Below, piece after piece: positions 10,178-21,113 of a DNA stretch of 64,000 nt (position 1 is the stretch's first letter; every line of letters starts with the position of its first letter). The position numbers and the translations under genes are program-made. This DNA is from Paramoeba atlantica. Lineage: Eukaryota > Protista > Discosea. Below the pieces are notes generated by a model that saw nothing but the letters and a program-made list of their open reading frames with translations, ran no database searches and was not told the origin of the DNA. The stretch is taken from assembly GCA_977017575.1 (NCBI GenBank), contig CDRNVI010000016.1, positions 248,001-312,000 of the forward strand, given 5' to 3'.

Positions 10178-13100
10178 ATGCATATAAAAACCATCGCTAT
10201 AGCAGGTTTTAAGTCCTATCGCGAGCAAATCTTTGAAACGCCCTTCAGCGCAAAACACAATGTTGTAGTAGGCAAGAATGGGAGTGGAAAATCGAATTTT
10301 TTCAATGCGATTCTCTTTGTTCTTTCAGAAAAATATTCTTCTTTGAGGCAAAGTGAAAGGAAAGACCTTTTGCATGCCACTGCAGGTTCTCCTTCACTAA
10401 GTGCGTATGTGGAAATCACGTTCGACAATTCGGATGGCCGACTTGTCATTCCTGGCATGGCGGAGGAAAAAGAGATACGCATTCGACGAACTGTAGGTAT
10501 ACAAAAGGATGAATTTCGTGTAAATGATAAGGCAATATCGGCTCAAGATGTAAGACAACTCCTTGAAAGTGCTGGTTTTTCCTCTGCAAATCCCTACTAC
10601 GTAGTAGAACAAGGTCGAATTGTTCGGCTAACCAATATGGGTGATACAGAGAGATTGGAACTTCTGAAAGAGGTGGCAGGAACCAAGGTATACGAAGATC
10701 GTCGCATTGAATCTATGCACATCCTTGAGGAAGCCAAAGAAAAGAGAGAAAAAATAGATGAAACTATCCTAAAAGTCGAATCGCGGCTAAAGGAGGTTGA
10801 ATCCGAAAGAGATGAATGGAGAACCTTTCAAGCGTTGGAGCAGAGGAGAAAAGCACTGGAGTATAGCTTATATGCCAAGGAAAGCAAAAAAGTGGACCTT
10901 GAGCTTGAGGATCTTGAAAACAGCAAACGCGACTTAACAACTTCCCATGATGCTCAATTAGAAAAAACTAAAGAGCTGCAGAAACAAATGCAGGAAGCAG
11001 AAAGAGAAGTTTCGAAAGCATCACGTGCGTTAACTGCCCTTGACGAAGAAAAACTGTCTCTTGAAACTGAGCGATTGAAGTTAGTTAAGCTCCTTGCTGA
11101 ACTGCAATTGTCTTCAAAGCATGCAACAAACACGGTTTCTGCCTCAGATTCTGAACTCGCAACTTTGAAGCGAGAACTCAAAAGCACCGCAGTTTCTATC
11201 GAAAAAACTAAAAAGGAACTTGATGCCAAGTCGAAGATACTGGAAAATCATATGTCACATACCGGAAAAGAAGAAGGCAGCTTAATTCAACGTGAATCCC
11301 GTTTATTTCAACTTCAAACGAAGAGAGGACGACAAAGGCTATTCCATTCTAAGACAGAACGCGACAAATGGCTACATGACGAGATTCTCAAAACTGAAAA
11401 GTTACTTAAAGAGCATGAAAAAGAATTCAAATCGCTTCTGGAAGAAGAAAAACGACTAGAAACTGAATTAAGTGAGGAAATGGGTCTTGTTGAGAAACAG
11501 AAGACATCAATAGAAAAACAAGAGACAATCGCATCGAAAACGGAAACATTGGCACTGGAAGCCATTAAAAGTCGAGATTCTTTTCACAACGAGCGAAGGA
11601 TCCTTTTTCAAAAAATTCACGATGCGGAGAAGAAACTACGTGCGCAACGAGACGATCAAGAGAGAGCCCAGCATCTGCTGAATAAAACGTTTTCAAGTCA
11701 CGAAATTCGTCAAGGCTTGGCTAGTATGCAGGAGTCCTTGAATGAAATTGGTGAGAAGAAGCTCAAGTCATCCGTTCACGGCTCCGTTATGGAGCTTTTT
11801 TTATGCGATCAGCGTTTCTATACTGCCGTTGAGACAACTGGGGGGAATGCTCTGCTGAGCGTCGTCGTTGATACATTCGAAGATGGTGCAAAAATTCTTG
11901 CGCACATGAACAAACACAATAAACCTGGACGTGTCACGTTTCTTCCACTAGATACTTGCCGAGGAAAAAAGAAGGATCTGCCACACACAAGTGACGTGGT
12001 TCCTCTCATAGACCAACTTCGATTCAAAGAAAAGCACCAGGTAATCTTTGCGGAGCTATTTGGTCGCACGGCGTTAGCTTCATCCTTGGATTCTGCTGCT
12101 ACAGCCTCCAAGCAATACAATTGTGACGCAGTGACTTTAGATGGAGATCAAGTCAATAGAAAAGGAGGTATCCAAGGAGGATATCGGGTCACGACGTCCA
12201 GGTTGCAAGCCCATGCAGACTTAATCAGCTTAAAAGCGGACTGTGAGCGCAGCACTTCCACTCTCCACGAACTTCGTCAGAGTTTAGCCACTCTTGAAAA
12301 GAAAATCGCGTCACAACTACACGACTCAGAAGCCGCCTCAGAGAAAAGTGAGACTATGGTTGAAGAAATAAGAAATGCTCACCGTGAAAAACGTCGGGTG
12401 TATGAACATATTACCCGTAATCAACAACAACTACTCCGTACAAGAGAAGCAATTGGTACAACTAACAGTTCATTAGCAGACGTGAAGGGGAAAGTTATTA
12501 CCTTTCGAGCTGAGTTAAAGGAAGATTTTCAATCCCGCATGGGTGATGACGACGAGAAGGAGCTTGACCAACTCATGAGTCAAGTTAGTGAACAAAAGAA
12601 GCAAGTGTCCAATGAAAAGCAAAAAACTGCTACACTTTCAACAGAGGTACAAGTGTTAGAAGATACGTTAAATTCTTTGCGCAAACAATTGGATTCGGTA
12701 CAGGACCGAAGTACGTGTTTACAGCATACCTCAGAGCGAACCAAGAATCATCGGATCAACTCAGAGCTCGGTTCCGTCGAAGTGGAGGTACGTGATATTA
12801 CAAACCGAATTGTCAATGTTGAGAATGAAATCGCAGATCTTACTAAAAGGAAACAGGAAAATGAAAAGATATTTCAAGAAAAAAATTCCAACGAATTACA
12901 ATACACTCGCGAAATGCAATCCGGAGGCGAAGATTTCGATAAATATATTACCAAGAAGGCTTTACTAGGCCAACAATTTGATGAGCTGAAGTTCAAGTTG
13001 GAACGAGTAGGTGTCATTCCGAGCAACCTATCAGAGTATGATGCAATGAGCGAAACAACTATTAGAACCGAGCTTAAGAAGTGTTCCGAAAAGTTACGAT

Positions 13101-13786
13101 CCTTTACCCACGTTAATCGCAAAGCATTGGAGCAGTATACTCAATTGGAAGAAAATTTTAACGAGCTAGTAGAAAAACGAGCTGTTACTGAAAGAGAGCT
13201 TACTTCAATCCGAGAAATGATGCTTAAACTTGATGCACAGAAGGACGAGACTATTGAGCGAACGGTGAAGCAAGTGCAGTTTCAGTTTGAGAAGGTCTTT
13301 TTGGAACTTGTAACAGCAAAAGGAGCATCAGCTGAATTACAACTGTTGCGATCAAAGGAATCACCAGGTAAAACTGGTGTGGAAGGATACTCTGGTATTC
13401 GCATTCGTATAAGCTTTGGACTCGGCACACCGGTGTCAGAATTAGCGCAACTTTCCGGAGGACAAAAGTCTCTCGTTGCTTTGTCTCTTATATTCGCGAT
13501 TCAGAGGTGTGATCCGGCTCCGTTCTATTTATTCGATGAAATTGATGCTGCCTTGGACGAGGCATACCGTAGCAGCGTCGCGCAAATGATCAAGCGGCAA
13601 TGCGAGGGCGCTCAATTCATTACGGCTACATTCAAACAGGAGATGCTTGACGTGGCTGATAAGGTTTATGGCATCGTTTTTCGCAATCGCGTGAGCAGAA
13701 TCCAAGAAATTACTCACGAAGAGGGGTCGGCGCTTTTACGCCAAGCAGCGCAGGAACGGCAGGACAGCACTAAAGAGAAGACGTAA
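10178..13786 (+). CDS. SMC3: Structural maintenance of chromosomes 3 (cohesin)
   Basis: GFKSYRE..KHNVVVGKNGSGKSNFF (Walker A), hinge GRVTFLPL, LSGGQKSLVALSLIFAIQRCDPAPFYLFDEIDAALD (SMC3-type signature and Walker B). Confidence 0.96.
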   Translation: MHIKTIAIAGFKSYREQIFETPFSAKHNVVVGKNGSGKSNFFNAILFVLSEKYSSLRQSERKDLLHATAGSPSLSAYVEITFDNSDGRLVIPGMAEEKEIRIRRTVGIQKDEFRVNDKAISAQDVRQLLESAGFSSANPYYVVEQGRIVRLTNMGDTERLELLKEVAGTKVYEDRRIESMHILEEAKEKREKIDETILKVESRLKEVESERDEWRTFQALEQRRKALEYSLYAKESKKVDLELEDLENSKRDLTTSHDAQLEKTKELQKQMQEAEREVSKASRALTALDEEKLSLETERLKLVKLLAELQLSSKHATNTVSASDSELATLKRELKSTAVSIEKTKKELDAKSKILENHMSHTGKEEGSLIQRESRLFQLQTKRGRQRLFHSKTERDKWLHDEILKTEKLLKEHEKEFKSLLEEEKRLETELSEEMGLVEKQKTSIEKQETIASKTETLALEAIKSRDSFHNERRILFQKIHDAEKKLRAQRDDQERAQHLLNKTFSSHEIRQGLASMQESLNEIGEKKLKSSVHGSVMELFLCDQRFYTAVETTGGNALLSVVVDTFEDGAKILAHMNKHNKPGRVTFLPLDTCRGKKKDLPHTSDVVPLIDQLRFKEKHQVIFAELFGRTALASSLDSAATASKQYNCDAVTLDGDQVNRKGGIQGGYRVTTSRLQAHADLISLKADCERSTSTLHELRQSLATLEKKIASQLHDSEAASEKSETMVEEIRNAHREKRRVYEHITRNQQQLLRTREAIGTTNSSLADVKGKVITFRAELKEDFQSRMGDDDEKELDQLMSQVSEQKKQVSNEKQKTATLSTEVQVLEDTLNSLRKQLDSVQDRSTCLQHTSERTKNHRINSELGSVEVEVRDITNRIVNVENEIADLTKRKQENEKIFQEKNSNELQYTREMQSGGEDFDKYITKKALLGQQFDELKFKLERVGVIPSNLSEYDAMSETTIRTELKKCSEKLRSFTHVNRKALEQYTQLEENFNELVEKRAVTERELTSIREMMLKLDAQKDETIERTVKQVQFQFEKVFLELVTAKGASAELQLLRSKESPGKTGVEGYSGIRIRISFGLGTPVSELAQLSGGQKSLVALSLIFAIQRCDPAPFYLFDEIDAALDEAYRSSVAQMIKRQCEGAQFITATFKQEMLDVADKVYGIVFRNRVSRIQEITHEEGSALLRQAAQERQDSTKEKT

Positions 13787-14340
13787 AGACCGCTTCTTCA
13801 ATTGCGCGAATAGCAAATTTTGGACTTTTAGTCGAGCAAAATTTATAGTCAGGATTTACTATTATTATCTTTTCAGACATCAATATTGCTTTGTACCTTT
13901 GTACGATTCGTACGATATCGTACCCTTGTACGATTCGTGTGTCGTTATTAAATATAGTGATAACATGCGCTGTATATGTATGTGTTGGGATGGGTTGCCT
14001 GCATACGCGTTCACGTTATGTATAAAGTGCACATACATTTCTAAGACCTTTTGCTTTGCAATATAGGCTTCACGAATTCAAAATCAATGAACTTTAGATA
14101 ATTCAATAGACAACAATGTTATCTCATTTTCCAATGGCTTTATGTCAATCACTGCAAATGTTTTAGTAGTATCATTGGGTCAATTGGGATACCACAGAGT
14201 TCCGGCACAGTAAACATCTTCATTTGTTTTGTTTAACCATTTGACATAATTGATTGTGTGCTTCTATGATTTGAGCACTATGCAGTGTTTTTCTCATTGT
14301 AATTTTACTTTCCTACAGTATTGGGCTACCATTTTTGAAC

Positions 14341-16656
14341 ATGTGCTGCGCAAAAAGAACCACCTCCGTTACTGTAGTGGAGTATCTGTTATTTGTTATC
14401 GCCTGCGTAATTTGCACTAATACCAAGCTTTATCCCGCTGCATACATTGACTCCCTAGATGTAGAATCCTTTGTACCCGATGACGGTAGCGACTTTCACG
14501 CTGGCACAGTGAACAAACGAAGCAGGCACCAGTCTAAGGTAAAGCTTATTGGTATTCACCTTAATGCTTCGGCACCTGATGATACAATTCAGACACCGGC
14601 AACATTGAGTACGGAGTTGAATCAAGTATTTGAAAACGCAATTCGCCTTCTTTTTGCGAATACATCAACCTCAACATCTGTCCGGCTATGCGCATCAGCA
14701 CATTGTGAGGAGCAAAGAATCGAAATCGGTGGCACAGACTCCGTCATAAATGCTGCGCCACATGCAAGTATTCCCCCCCTTCGCGCGGACCAAGTGATTA
14801 ACGCAATCGACCTTCTCCAAAAATGTGCAGATCAAGGCCACTCCACTGCCCAATTTCTCCTGGGAGTGGCCCACAGCTTTGGAATCGCCACTCCTCTTTC
14901 CCCAGCAAAAGCCGTAACCTACCACACCTTCTCCGCTCGCGACCACAACACCCTTGGGGCCCTAGCCATGGCTCTTCGTCACGACATTGGGCTCCACGTA
15001 CCGCCAAGTTGCGTGTCCAGTCACCGGGAGTACCACCGGGTGGCTCGTTCCCTTATCCACGGCCGCCCCTACCCCACCCCCCGGGCGGTCGTCCGGCAGC
15101 AGCGTCTCGGTCACCACCTCGAGGGCTACGCCACAAGTCTTCTGGGGCTCGACGGCACCGAGCTCCTCCCCTCCGCGACCGATGCCGACTTCCTGGCCTA
15201 CCATCACCAGGCGGCGAAAAACGGGGAGGAGAAATCCATGATGAGTCTGGGCCTGATTTATGTGTTTGGGCTGCACGGGGCCGCGCAGAATGGGGAGCGC
15301 GCGGTGACCTACTTTGCGCAGGCCGCCCAGGAGGACTACACACCGGCGTATGGTGCGCTGGGTCAGGTTTATCTCTATGGCGTGGAGTCCGTATGTGGGG
15401 CTGTCGCACGAAATGCGACGCTCGCGAAACAGTATTTCGTGCTGGGCGCGGAGGAAAAGGACCCCATGTCGCTCGCAGGGTTGGGATATTTAGAGCTTCA
15501 TCCGGAGTTGTTTGGTGAAAGGCCAGAGGTGTCACCAAATTTGAAAAATCATAGTTACGCTCGTCGAATGTTTTCAAAGGCGGCTGACCTTGGTAGCGCT
15601 GAGGCGATGTACAATCTTGCAATAATGCATTTGGAAGGGGCAGGGGGTTCCACACCACGACCTGAAAGGGCGATGGAATTGCTCTTACGAGCAACACAAA
15701 GAAAACACGCACCAGCAATGTATAAATTGGCGCAATTGTCGGGTGCAAAGCCCGACCTTAGCCCTGGAGAATGTATCTTCTCGCGCGAATTGTTTAAGAC
15801 GGTAGCCTCCCAACATGATGTGCTTGAAATGATGGAAGATGCTCATCAAGCATTTCTATGTGGTGATCACACTAGAGCCCTGTTGAGGTATCTTATCTTA
15901 TCCGAATTAGGATACGATGTGGCCCATATGAATGCGGCGTACATTCTAGAGGATAGGATCAGTAATGCGGACTTGGGGATTCTTTTTAGTACACCCTTGC
16001 CCAGGGTTGAGCCTCTCGCTGGAGTAATAGAGAGGGATTCACATAATTCGAACGCTAAACAGCAGCAGCAAACGAACTATAGGCATACACTTTTACACAT
16101 TCTTCTCCAAAGATCCGCAAAACAAGGAAATACCGCAGCTATTCTACGTCTTGGTGATTTGTACTTTCGTGGCGAAGGTTGCGAAACTAATTATAGAATC
16201 GCTGAAAATTTCTACGAGGAAGCTTCCCGCCATCATAATGCCGAGGCTGCGTACAATCTCGGGTACATGCATCACTATGGCATCGGCACTACTCGAGATG
16301 CACACTTGGCTAAGAGATATTATAATTTGGCTGCGAATTATGATCCTGCCATGAAGTTTCCAATGTATTCAGTGGTAGCGTGGCTACACGTTGAAGAATG
16401 GTGGAAGCATCCGTGGGCAGGTTTTCCATCACTAGATGAGCCTGCACACCTTCAGAACGTGTCTACAGTTTTTAATGCAGAATCAAACTTGTTATCTGAT
16501 GAGGACAAACGCATCAAGAGTAAGGATTTGTTCTCACAGTATTATGACACACTGATGAATTGTTTTGCCGTAGAGAACCTCGAAATTCTGGAAACAGCAA
16601 CCCTTTATTTTCTGATCACAACACTTATGTTTTTGCTGTATGTAAAGTCAAGATAG
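14341..16656 (+). CDS. SEL1L: SEL1L/Hrd3-like ERAD component (Sel1 repeats)
   Basis: N-terminal hydrophobic segment, multiple Sel1 repeats (AQFLLG, AYGALG, AMYNLA, AYNLGYMHHYGIG..DAHLAKRYY), ELGYDVAHMNAAYIL, C-terminal TM helix. Confidence 0.85.
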   Translation: MCCAKRTTSVTVVEYLLFVIACVICTNTKLYPAAYIDSLDVESFVPDDGSDFHAGTVNKRSRHQSKVKLIGIHLNASAPDDTIQTPATLSTELNQVFENAIRLLFANTSTSTSVRLCASAHCEEQRIEIGGTDSVINAAPHASIPPLRADQVINAIDLLQKCADQGHSTAQFLLGVAHSFGIATPLSPAKAVTYHTFSARDHNTLGALAMALRHDIGLHVPPSCVSSHREYHRVARSLIHGRPYPTPRAVVRQQRLGHHLEGYATSLLGLDGTELLPSATDADFLAYHHQAAKNGEEKSMMSLGLIYVFGLHGAAQNGERAVTYFAQAAQEDYTPAYGALGQVYLYGVESVCGAVARNATLAKQYFVLGAEEKDPMSLAGLGYLELHPELFGERPEVSPNLKNHSYARRMFSKAADLGSAEAMYNLAIMHLEGAGGSTPRPERAMELLLRATQRKHAPAMYKLAQLSGAKPDLSPGECIFSRELFKTVASQHDVLEMMEDAHQAFLCGDHTRALLRYLILSELGYDVAHMNAAYILEDRISNADLGILFSTPLPRVEPLAGVIERDSHNSNAKQQQQTNYRHTLLHILLQRSAKQGNTAAILRLGDLYFRGEGCETNYRIAENFYEEASRHHNAEAAYNLGYMHHYGIGTTRDAHLAKRYYNLAANYDPAMKFPMYSVVAWLHVEEWWKHPWAGFPSLDEPAHLQNVSTVFNAESNLLSDEDKRIKSKDLFSQYYDTLMNCFAVENLEILETATLYFLITTLMFLLYVKSR
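14760..15500. other. GC-rich island with C-to-G skew flip (centre about 15210)
   Basis: C-ending codons and C runs to the left, G-ending codons and G runs to the right; lies inside the SEL1L CDS. Boundaries estimated by eye. Confidence 0.75.
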
Positions 16657-17017
16657 CGATCTACCTATGAGGTACGATTAGGTCCTAATCGTCGAATTTT
16701 TATCACTTCGAAAATGACGTTCTTGTAGCTTTTATCGCATCCCCCCTATATCGTTATGATAACGATATAGTACGTTAGAGAGAAGTTATCCTTAACAAAT
16801 GAAACGTGTTTGTTTTGAAAGCTTTGCTACTTTCCTTTGTATAAATGGTATAGTACATTTTAACGAATATTTCAAATGATTTTGATTTGAAAACGTTCAG
16901 GAATTCATCCTTTCTTGCCTTTCTTTAATACCTTAACCACATACACTTACATTAGTAAACGAAATTTAGAGACTTACTACAAAGATAAAGTCTTTTTGAT
17001 CAAATCGTCTATTAAAA

Positions 17018-19096
17018 ATGAGTGTCCCACTTCTACACAACCCATTTCGAGACCAAAACGCACCGAACAGCGCGATCACATCCGATTCTTCATCGATATC
17101 GGAGAGATTTAATTCAGACAATGTAAAAGAATCTCAAAGGCCGTGGAATACCGAGAGCAGGTCTTCGTTTCATCACCATTTAAAGAACATTTCCCCTGAC
17201 CTATACCAAAAATTGAATCCTGGTTCTCATGTTCAAGATACGAACTTTAGAGCTCCTGAAAAGAACCAGATATCCGCCAGTAAGGATGAAAACGTTACAC
17301 AGAAAGCTGACTCTGCTCCAGATAGTTCCTCTGATGGATCGCAAGCAGTTCCACTTTTTCACCGCTTTGCAACGGGAATTGGCACGAATTTGGGAGAATC
17401 TCTGGGTATTTCCCATACTACACTACTACAAAAAAAGTTACAAAACTTCTTTGACGCTTTTACGCCTTCCAATGCCCCAGAATCAAAACTTAGGAAAGAT
17501 GAGTGTCCTGTTCCTGGATTTACGCCACCGATCCCTTTGTCTGCATCCGAGCAGAGAAAAGAGATGCTTCGCCTCTATAAGGTAGTAAATACTAAAGCTG
17601 CCCAACAAGCTATGCGCAAGTCGGAAGTTGAGTTAGAGTATCATCAAGCGTGCGCATCTCAAGCGGAATTGCGTCAAATTCTTCATGACCTACAAAAAGA
17701 TCATGATACCATGGACGCTGATTTAGTAAAATGGGAACAGCAAGCTAATCGATGTTCTGCATTGTCACAGGAACAAGAAAAGCTGAAGCAAACTTTCCGA
17801 GATTTGGAGTTACAAAGAAAAGAGTTTGATGCATCGTTTGCTTCTCGAACCAAGCAGTGCGAAACGGAACTTGAAAGTCTACGATCAATATTGACAATGT
17901 TAAGCGCCCAGGTGTCTGAAAAGGATGTAGACCTCGAAGCCCTCAGGACTGATGTCGGCGTCGCAGAGGAAGGAAGCGTGCGCTTGTCATCGTTGGATAC
18001 GGCTACTGAGACCATGGAGAAGGAGCTTCAATCTTTACAAATTGATGTTGATATCATTAAACAACGTTACACACATGAATTAGAGGCTTCAGAAAGCGAA
18101 AATGAAAGCTTTCGTTCGCTTACGCAAGAATTGGAACAAGAAGTTTCGAGATCCCGCAAGATGAGGGCTGGTGTTGAACATCTCATACAAAAAGTGGATT
18201 CTGTCCCGGAAACGACGATTTCAAATTTGAACAACTATGTAGCGTTTTCAAAACAAGCATTCGCGGAAGCGAATACTATAATTTCGGACTGTAAAGACGC
18301 AATTCAATCGGTTTCTAAGGAGACAAGTGCTGTTCATGAACTAATGTTTCCTGCGGATGTTGCAATAGAAAAGTTCGCCGAGAAATTGAAAGTAAGAGAC
18401 CAGTCTCACTCCAGATTTCTAGGAAAAATCCAAGCACCCGTAAATCCAAACATCAGGAAAAATCAACAATTGATTACCACTGAACATATTGCGTCACATT
18501 CTGCTTCACCGGACTTAGCAACGGATACTTCAATGCATCTTTCTCTAGATCCCGATAGTGAAAGAAAGGCTCTGTTCGGTGAGCTTTCCCAAGAACTGGG
18601 CAATTCTTCTGTTTTTCAGTCAGTTGTTCTTTATGAGGCCGAAGAAAACACTTTGCGCGGTGAAACTGAAGGGAGGAAAATTAACGAGCAGAACACAACC
18701 TCTACGTCGCATTTGTTGTTAAAGAATGGAACGGGGGAGATGCACCTTGATGATAATACTGCTCCAAATGAATATGTTACGAATATAATGGAAACTTCAA
18801 CCTTTTTTGAGCTTCCTTCCACAACTCCGTCCGATGTGCTGCCTTCATTTCCACCAGGATTGAATTTACCTTTCAATGACTCGTTACCCTCGCAGGTATC
18901 CGAATATTGCGCTGGAAAGACGATGTCTCAAGTGAAAAACGTAACACAAGCTTCTAGCAGCGAAGCAGAATTTGACCCGGATCGTACCATTTTATTCGTG
19001 GAAGACGATCATCCACAAAATAAGAACTCTCGTGATGAGAATAGTACGAGCGAGTTTCCCATGTCGAACAAACGTTGGAAATTTGACTACAAATAA
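17018..19096 (+). CDS. Hypothetical coiled-coil protein
   Basis: 692-aa ORF with a long central E/L/Q-rich heptad region and low-complexity termini. No ATPase motifs. Confidence 0.65.
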   Translation: MSVPLLHNPFRDQNAPNSAITSDSSSISERFNSDNVKESQRPWNTESRSSFHHHLKNISPDLYQKLNPGSHVQDTNFRAPEKNQISASKDENVTQKADSAPDSSSDGSQAVPLFHRFATGIGTNLGESLGISHTTLLQKKLQNFFDAFTPSNAPESKLRKDECPVPGFTPPIPLSASEQRKEMLRLYKVVNTKAAQQAMRKSEVELEYHQACASQAELRQILHDLQKDHDTMDADLVKWEQQANRCSALSQEQEKLKQTFRDLELQRKEFDASFASRTKQCETELESLRSILTMLSAQVSEKDVDLEALRTDVGVAEEGSVRLSSLDTATETMEKELQSLQIDVDIIKQRYTHELEASESENESFRSLTQELEQEVSRSRKMRAGVEHLIQKVDSVPETTISNLNNYVAFSKQAFAEANTIISDCKDAIQSVSKETSAVHELMFPADVAIEKFAEKLKVRDQSHSRFLGKIQAPVNPNIRKNQQLITTEHIASHSASPDLATDTSMHLSLDPDSERKALFGELSQELGNSSVFQSVVLYEAEENTLRGETEGRKINEQNTTSTSHLLLKNGTGEMHLDDNTAPNEYVTNIMETSTFFELPSTTPSDVLPSFPPGLNLPFNDSLPSQVSEYCAGKTMSQVKNVTQASSSEAEFDPDRTILFVEDDHPQNKNSRDENSTSEFPMSNKRWKFDYK

Positions 19097-19789
19097 AAAG
19101 GCCGCATGTACATGTGCTGTGACCTGTTGCTACGCCTTAGTGCCGCCAAAAAAGTGGAAAACTATTCTTTCAATAAGTTACTTACTGTGCCCCGAATGAA
19201 GCCTTAGGTAGAGCTAGAATAAGTGAAGAGTTCTGGACGAACGTCGAAGAAAGTGTTTTTCTAGTTTTTGAATAGTTCAGATCAGTAAGTACAACTCATG
19301 CTTTTTTCTGTGCTGCCCACTAGTGATGCATTTCTTTTTGTCATTATTTTCTGAAAGTAACCTTAATATCATCAAAAGTATATTTTCGTTTCTTTTAATG
19401 AACAAAGTAAAGAAATTGTTTCCTTTTTTTCATTCAAAGATTCTCTTGATTCAAACCATGTAGATTTTCATATTCTCTTTATTCGAACGTTAGTCGTATC
19501 CTCAATTTTTGGCACCGAGCGCGTATGGACTGACCAGGAACTTGTATTTTAGAAAAATTTCATAAATATCTTACTGTATAGAGAACTACTATAACTTCGA
19601 CTTCATACTTTGTGAATATCATAGGACACTGTAAATGAGAGTCCTAGAATGCGTACGGTTAGAAATCAGAAAAGAATTTTATTTTTGCATTTACTTCTTA
19701 TAACAAACTCTGTTCTTCATCGATGCATCACATTTCCGAGATTTCACACACTTTTTTCTTTTCTCTCCACAAAAAAGAACATCTCATTT

Positions 19790-20640
19790 CATCACTACCA
19801 CCCCTTCTACCACCCCATCACTACCACCCCATCACTTCCACCCCTTCTCCATGACCCTCTAATCCCCACTACCATGTCAACCCCTCTATGGTGGGAACTC
19901 CGCCGTTGGTTCTCCCTGCCCCCCTCCCCCCTCCCCCCTCCGGGCCCGTCGCGCCGGAGCCCACCCCCGCATGTGGCGCCCCGACCACCTCCTCCGCAAC
20001 CTCCCCAGCTCCCTCACCGGGGACGAGGTCAAGGCCGTGGCCTACCGCCCCCTCCCCCCGGCCCACACCGTGGAGGCCGAGGAGGACTTCCACACCAACT
20101 GTGTCCTCCACCGGGAGTACTACCCCCCCGAGTCCCGCACCCACTTCGGCACCGAGCTCGCCCCCGTGGCCTACTCCCCCACCGAGCGCGCGAGCCTCAT
20201 GACCCGACTGGCGGACCAGAAACAGGCCGAGGAGCGGTCCGCCCACCGCACCCACGACACCAGCGCCCAGGTCGGGAAGCAAATCCGTTTCGCCCCCGGG
20301 GAGGATGACGGGCAGCACGGCCCCGTCTCCGGGGTCGCGTACGAGATGGATGACCGCCGTCGGGGGTTCCTGGAGGCCCTCGCGGGGGTCCTCCCGGGCC
20401 GGGAGGCGTTGCAGGAGGCGTGTGGGCTGATCTACGGGTGTGACTCCTATGAGGGGAAACAAGGCTGGTTGGCCATGTTTTTTGGTACCCATGATGATGG
20501 GCTGGAGCAGCTCTCGGAGAAGATTGCGAATTTGCAGGAGGATGCGAGGGATCTGACAAAGGATGAAGCGATGCAAATGAATGAGGCGGAGGCGAGGGAG
20601 GGTCCGATTCCGAATGAGTATGTGGAGTATACTCCGGTGT
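19790..20640. other. GC-rich island with C-to-G skew flip (centre about 20320)
   Basis: Poly-C tracts over 19800-20300 give way to G-rich sequence over 20330-20640. Spans the intergenic region and the 5' half of a CDS. Confidence 0.85.
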
Positions 20641-21113
20641 ATAAGTCGTACTTGCAGTACTGCCGTGGGGAGACGCGTACACCTTACTGTGAAAGTGATC
20701 TAGGAGACACAGGTCTGCTATCGCTATACCAAGAACGACTGCGTTGGAGGAAAATATTTGACAAACTTACGGGAAATTTGCACATGGAATCTAGCACGGC
20801 ATTTGATGAGATCCAAGGCGGGTGCAAATACTCCAGCAAGTCGACTGCTAAAAAAGTTGCTGTACATTCCTGCGCTCACCTGAAGAATCTTAACCTTACG
20901 GAGCAAGAAAAGATTGATGTGGAGCGTTTGGACCACCAGCTACGTACACTACGACTTTTCGATGCAAAGAAAGTCGAAATTCAACGTGAACTCGTGACCA
21001 GAGTAAATCTTGGGGTTGGAGGAAGTGTTACCCCAGATTATACACTTGGCAGTCCGCATACGACACCGGGAAATCCTCAGGATCCATTAAACCCTTTGGG
21101 AGGAAATATGTGA
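19971..21113 (+). CDS. Hypothetical protein (possibly mitochondrial; the true start may be ATG 19874 through a 1-nt frameshift)
   Basis: 380-aa ORF with ordinary composition despite the GC island; no domain recognised. Confidence 0.7.
   Translation: MWRPDHLLRNLPSSLTGDEVKAVAYRPLPPAHTVEAEEDFHTNCVLHREYYPPESRTHFGTELAPVAYSPTERASLMTRLADQKQAEERSAHRTHDTSAQVGKQIRFAPGEDDGQHGPVSGVAYEMDDRRRGFLEALAGVLPGREALQEACGLIYGCDSYEGKQGWLAMFFGTHDDGLEQLSEKIANLQEDARDLTKDEAMQMNEAEAREGPIPNEYVEYTPVYKSYLQYCRGETRTPYCESDLGDTGLLSLYQERLRWRKIFDKLTGNLHMESSTAFDEIQGGCKYSSKSTAKKVAVHSCAHLKNLNLTEQEKIDVERLDHQLRTLRLFDAKKVEIQRELVTRVNLGVGGSVTPDYTLGSPHTTPGNPQDPLNPLGGNM

Noticed and set aside
14823-15748. Long alternative-frame and antisense ORFs over the SEL1L island (14823..15518, 15053..15748)
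   Set aside because: Pro/Arg/Gly-rich shadows caused by stop-codon depletion in GC-rich DNA.
17018-19096. Second SMC-like protein
   Set aside because: Coiled coil only; no Walker A/B, signature motif or hinge.
19649-20682. Overlapping ORFs 19649..20308, 19869..20576, 19888..20202 and 20197..20682
   Set aside because: Low-complexity by-products of the skew island. Only the 19874 leader is retained as a hypothesis.
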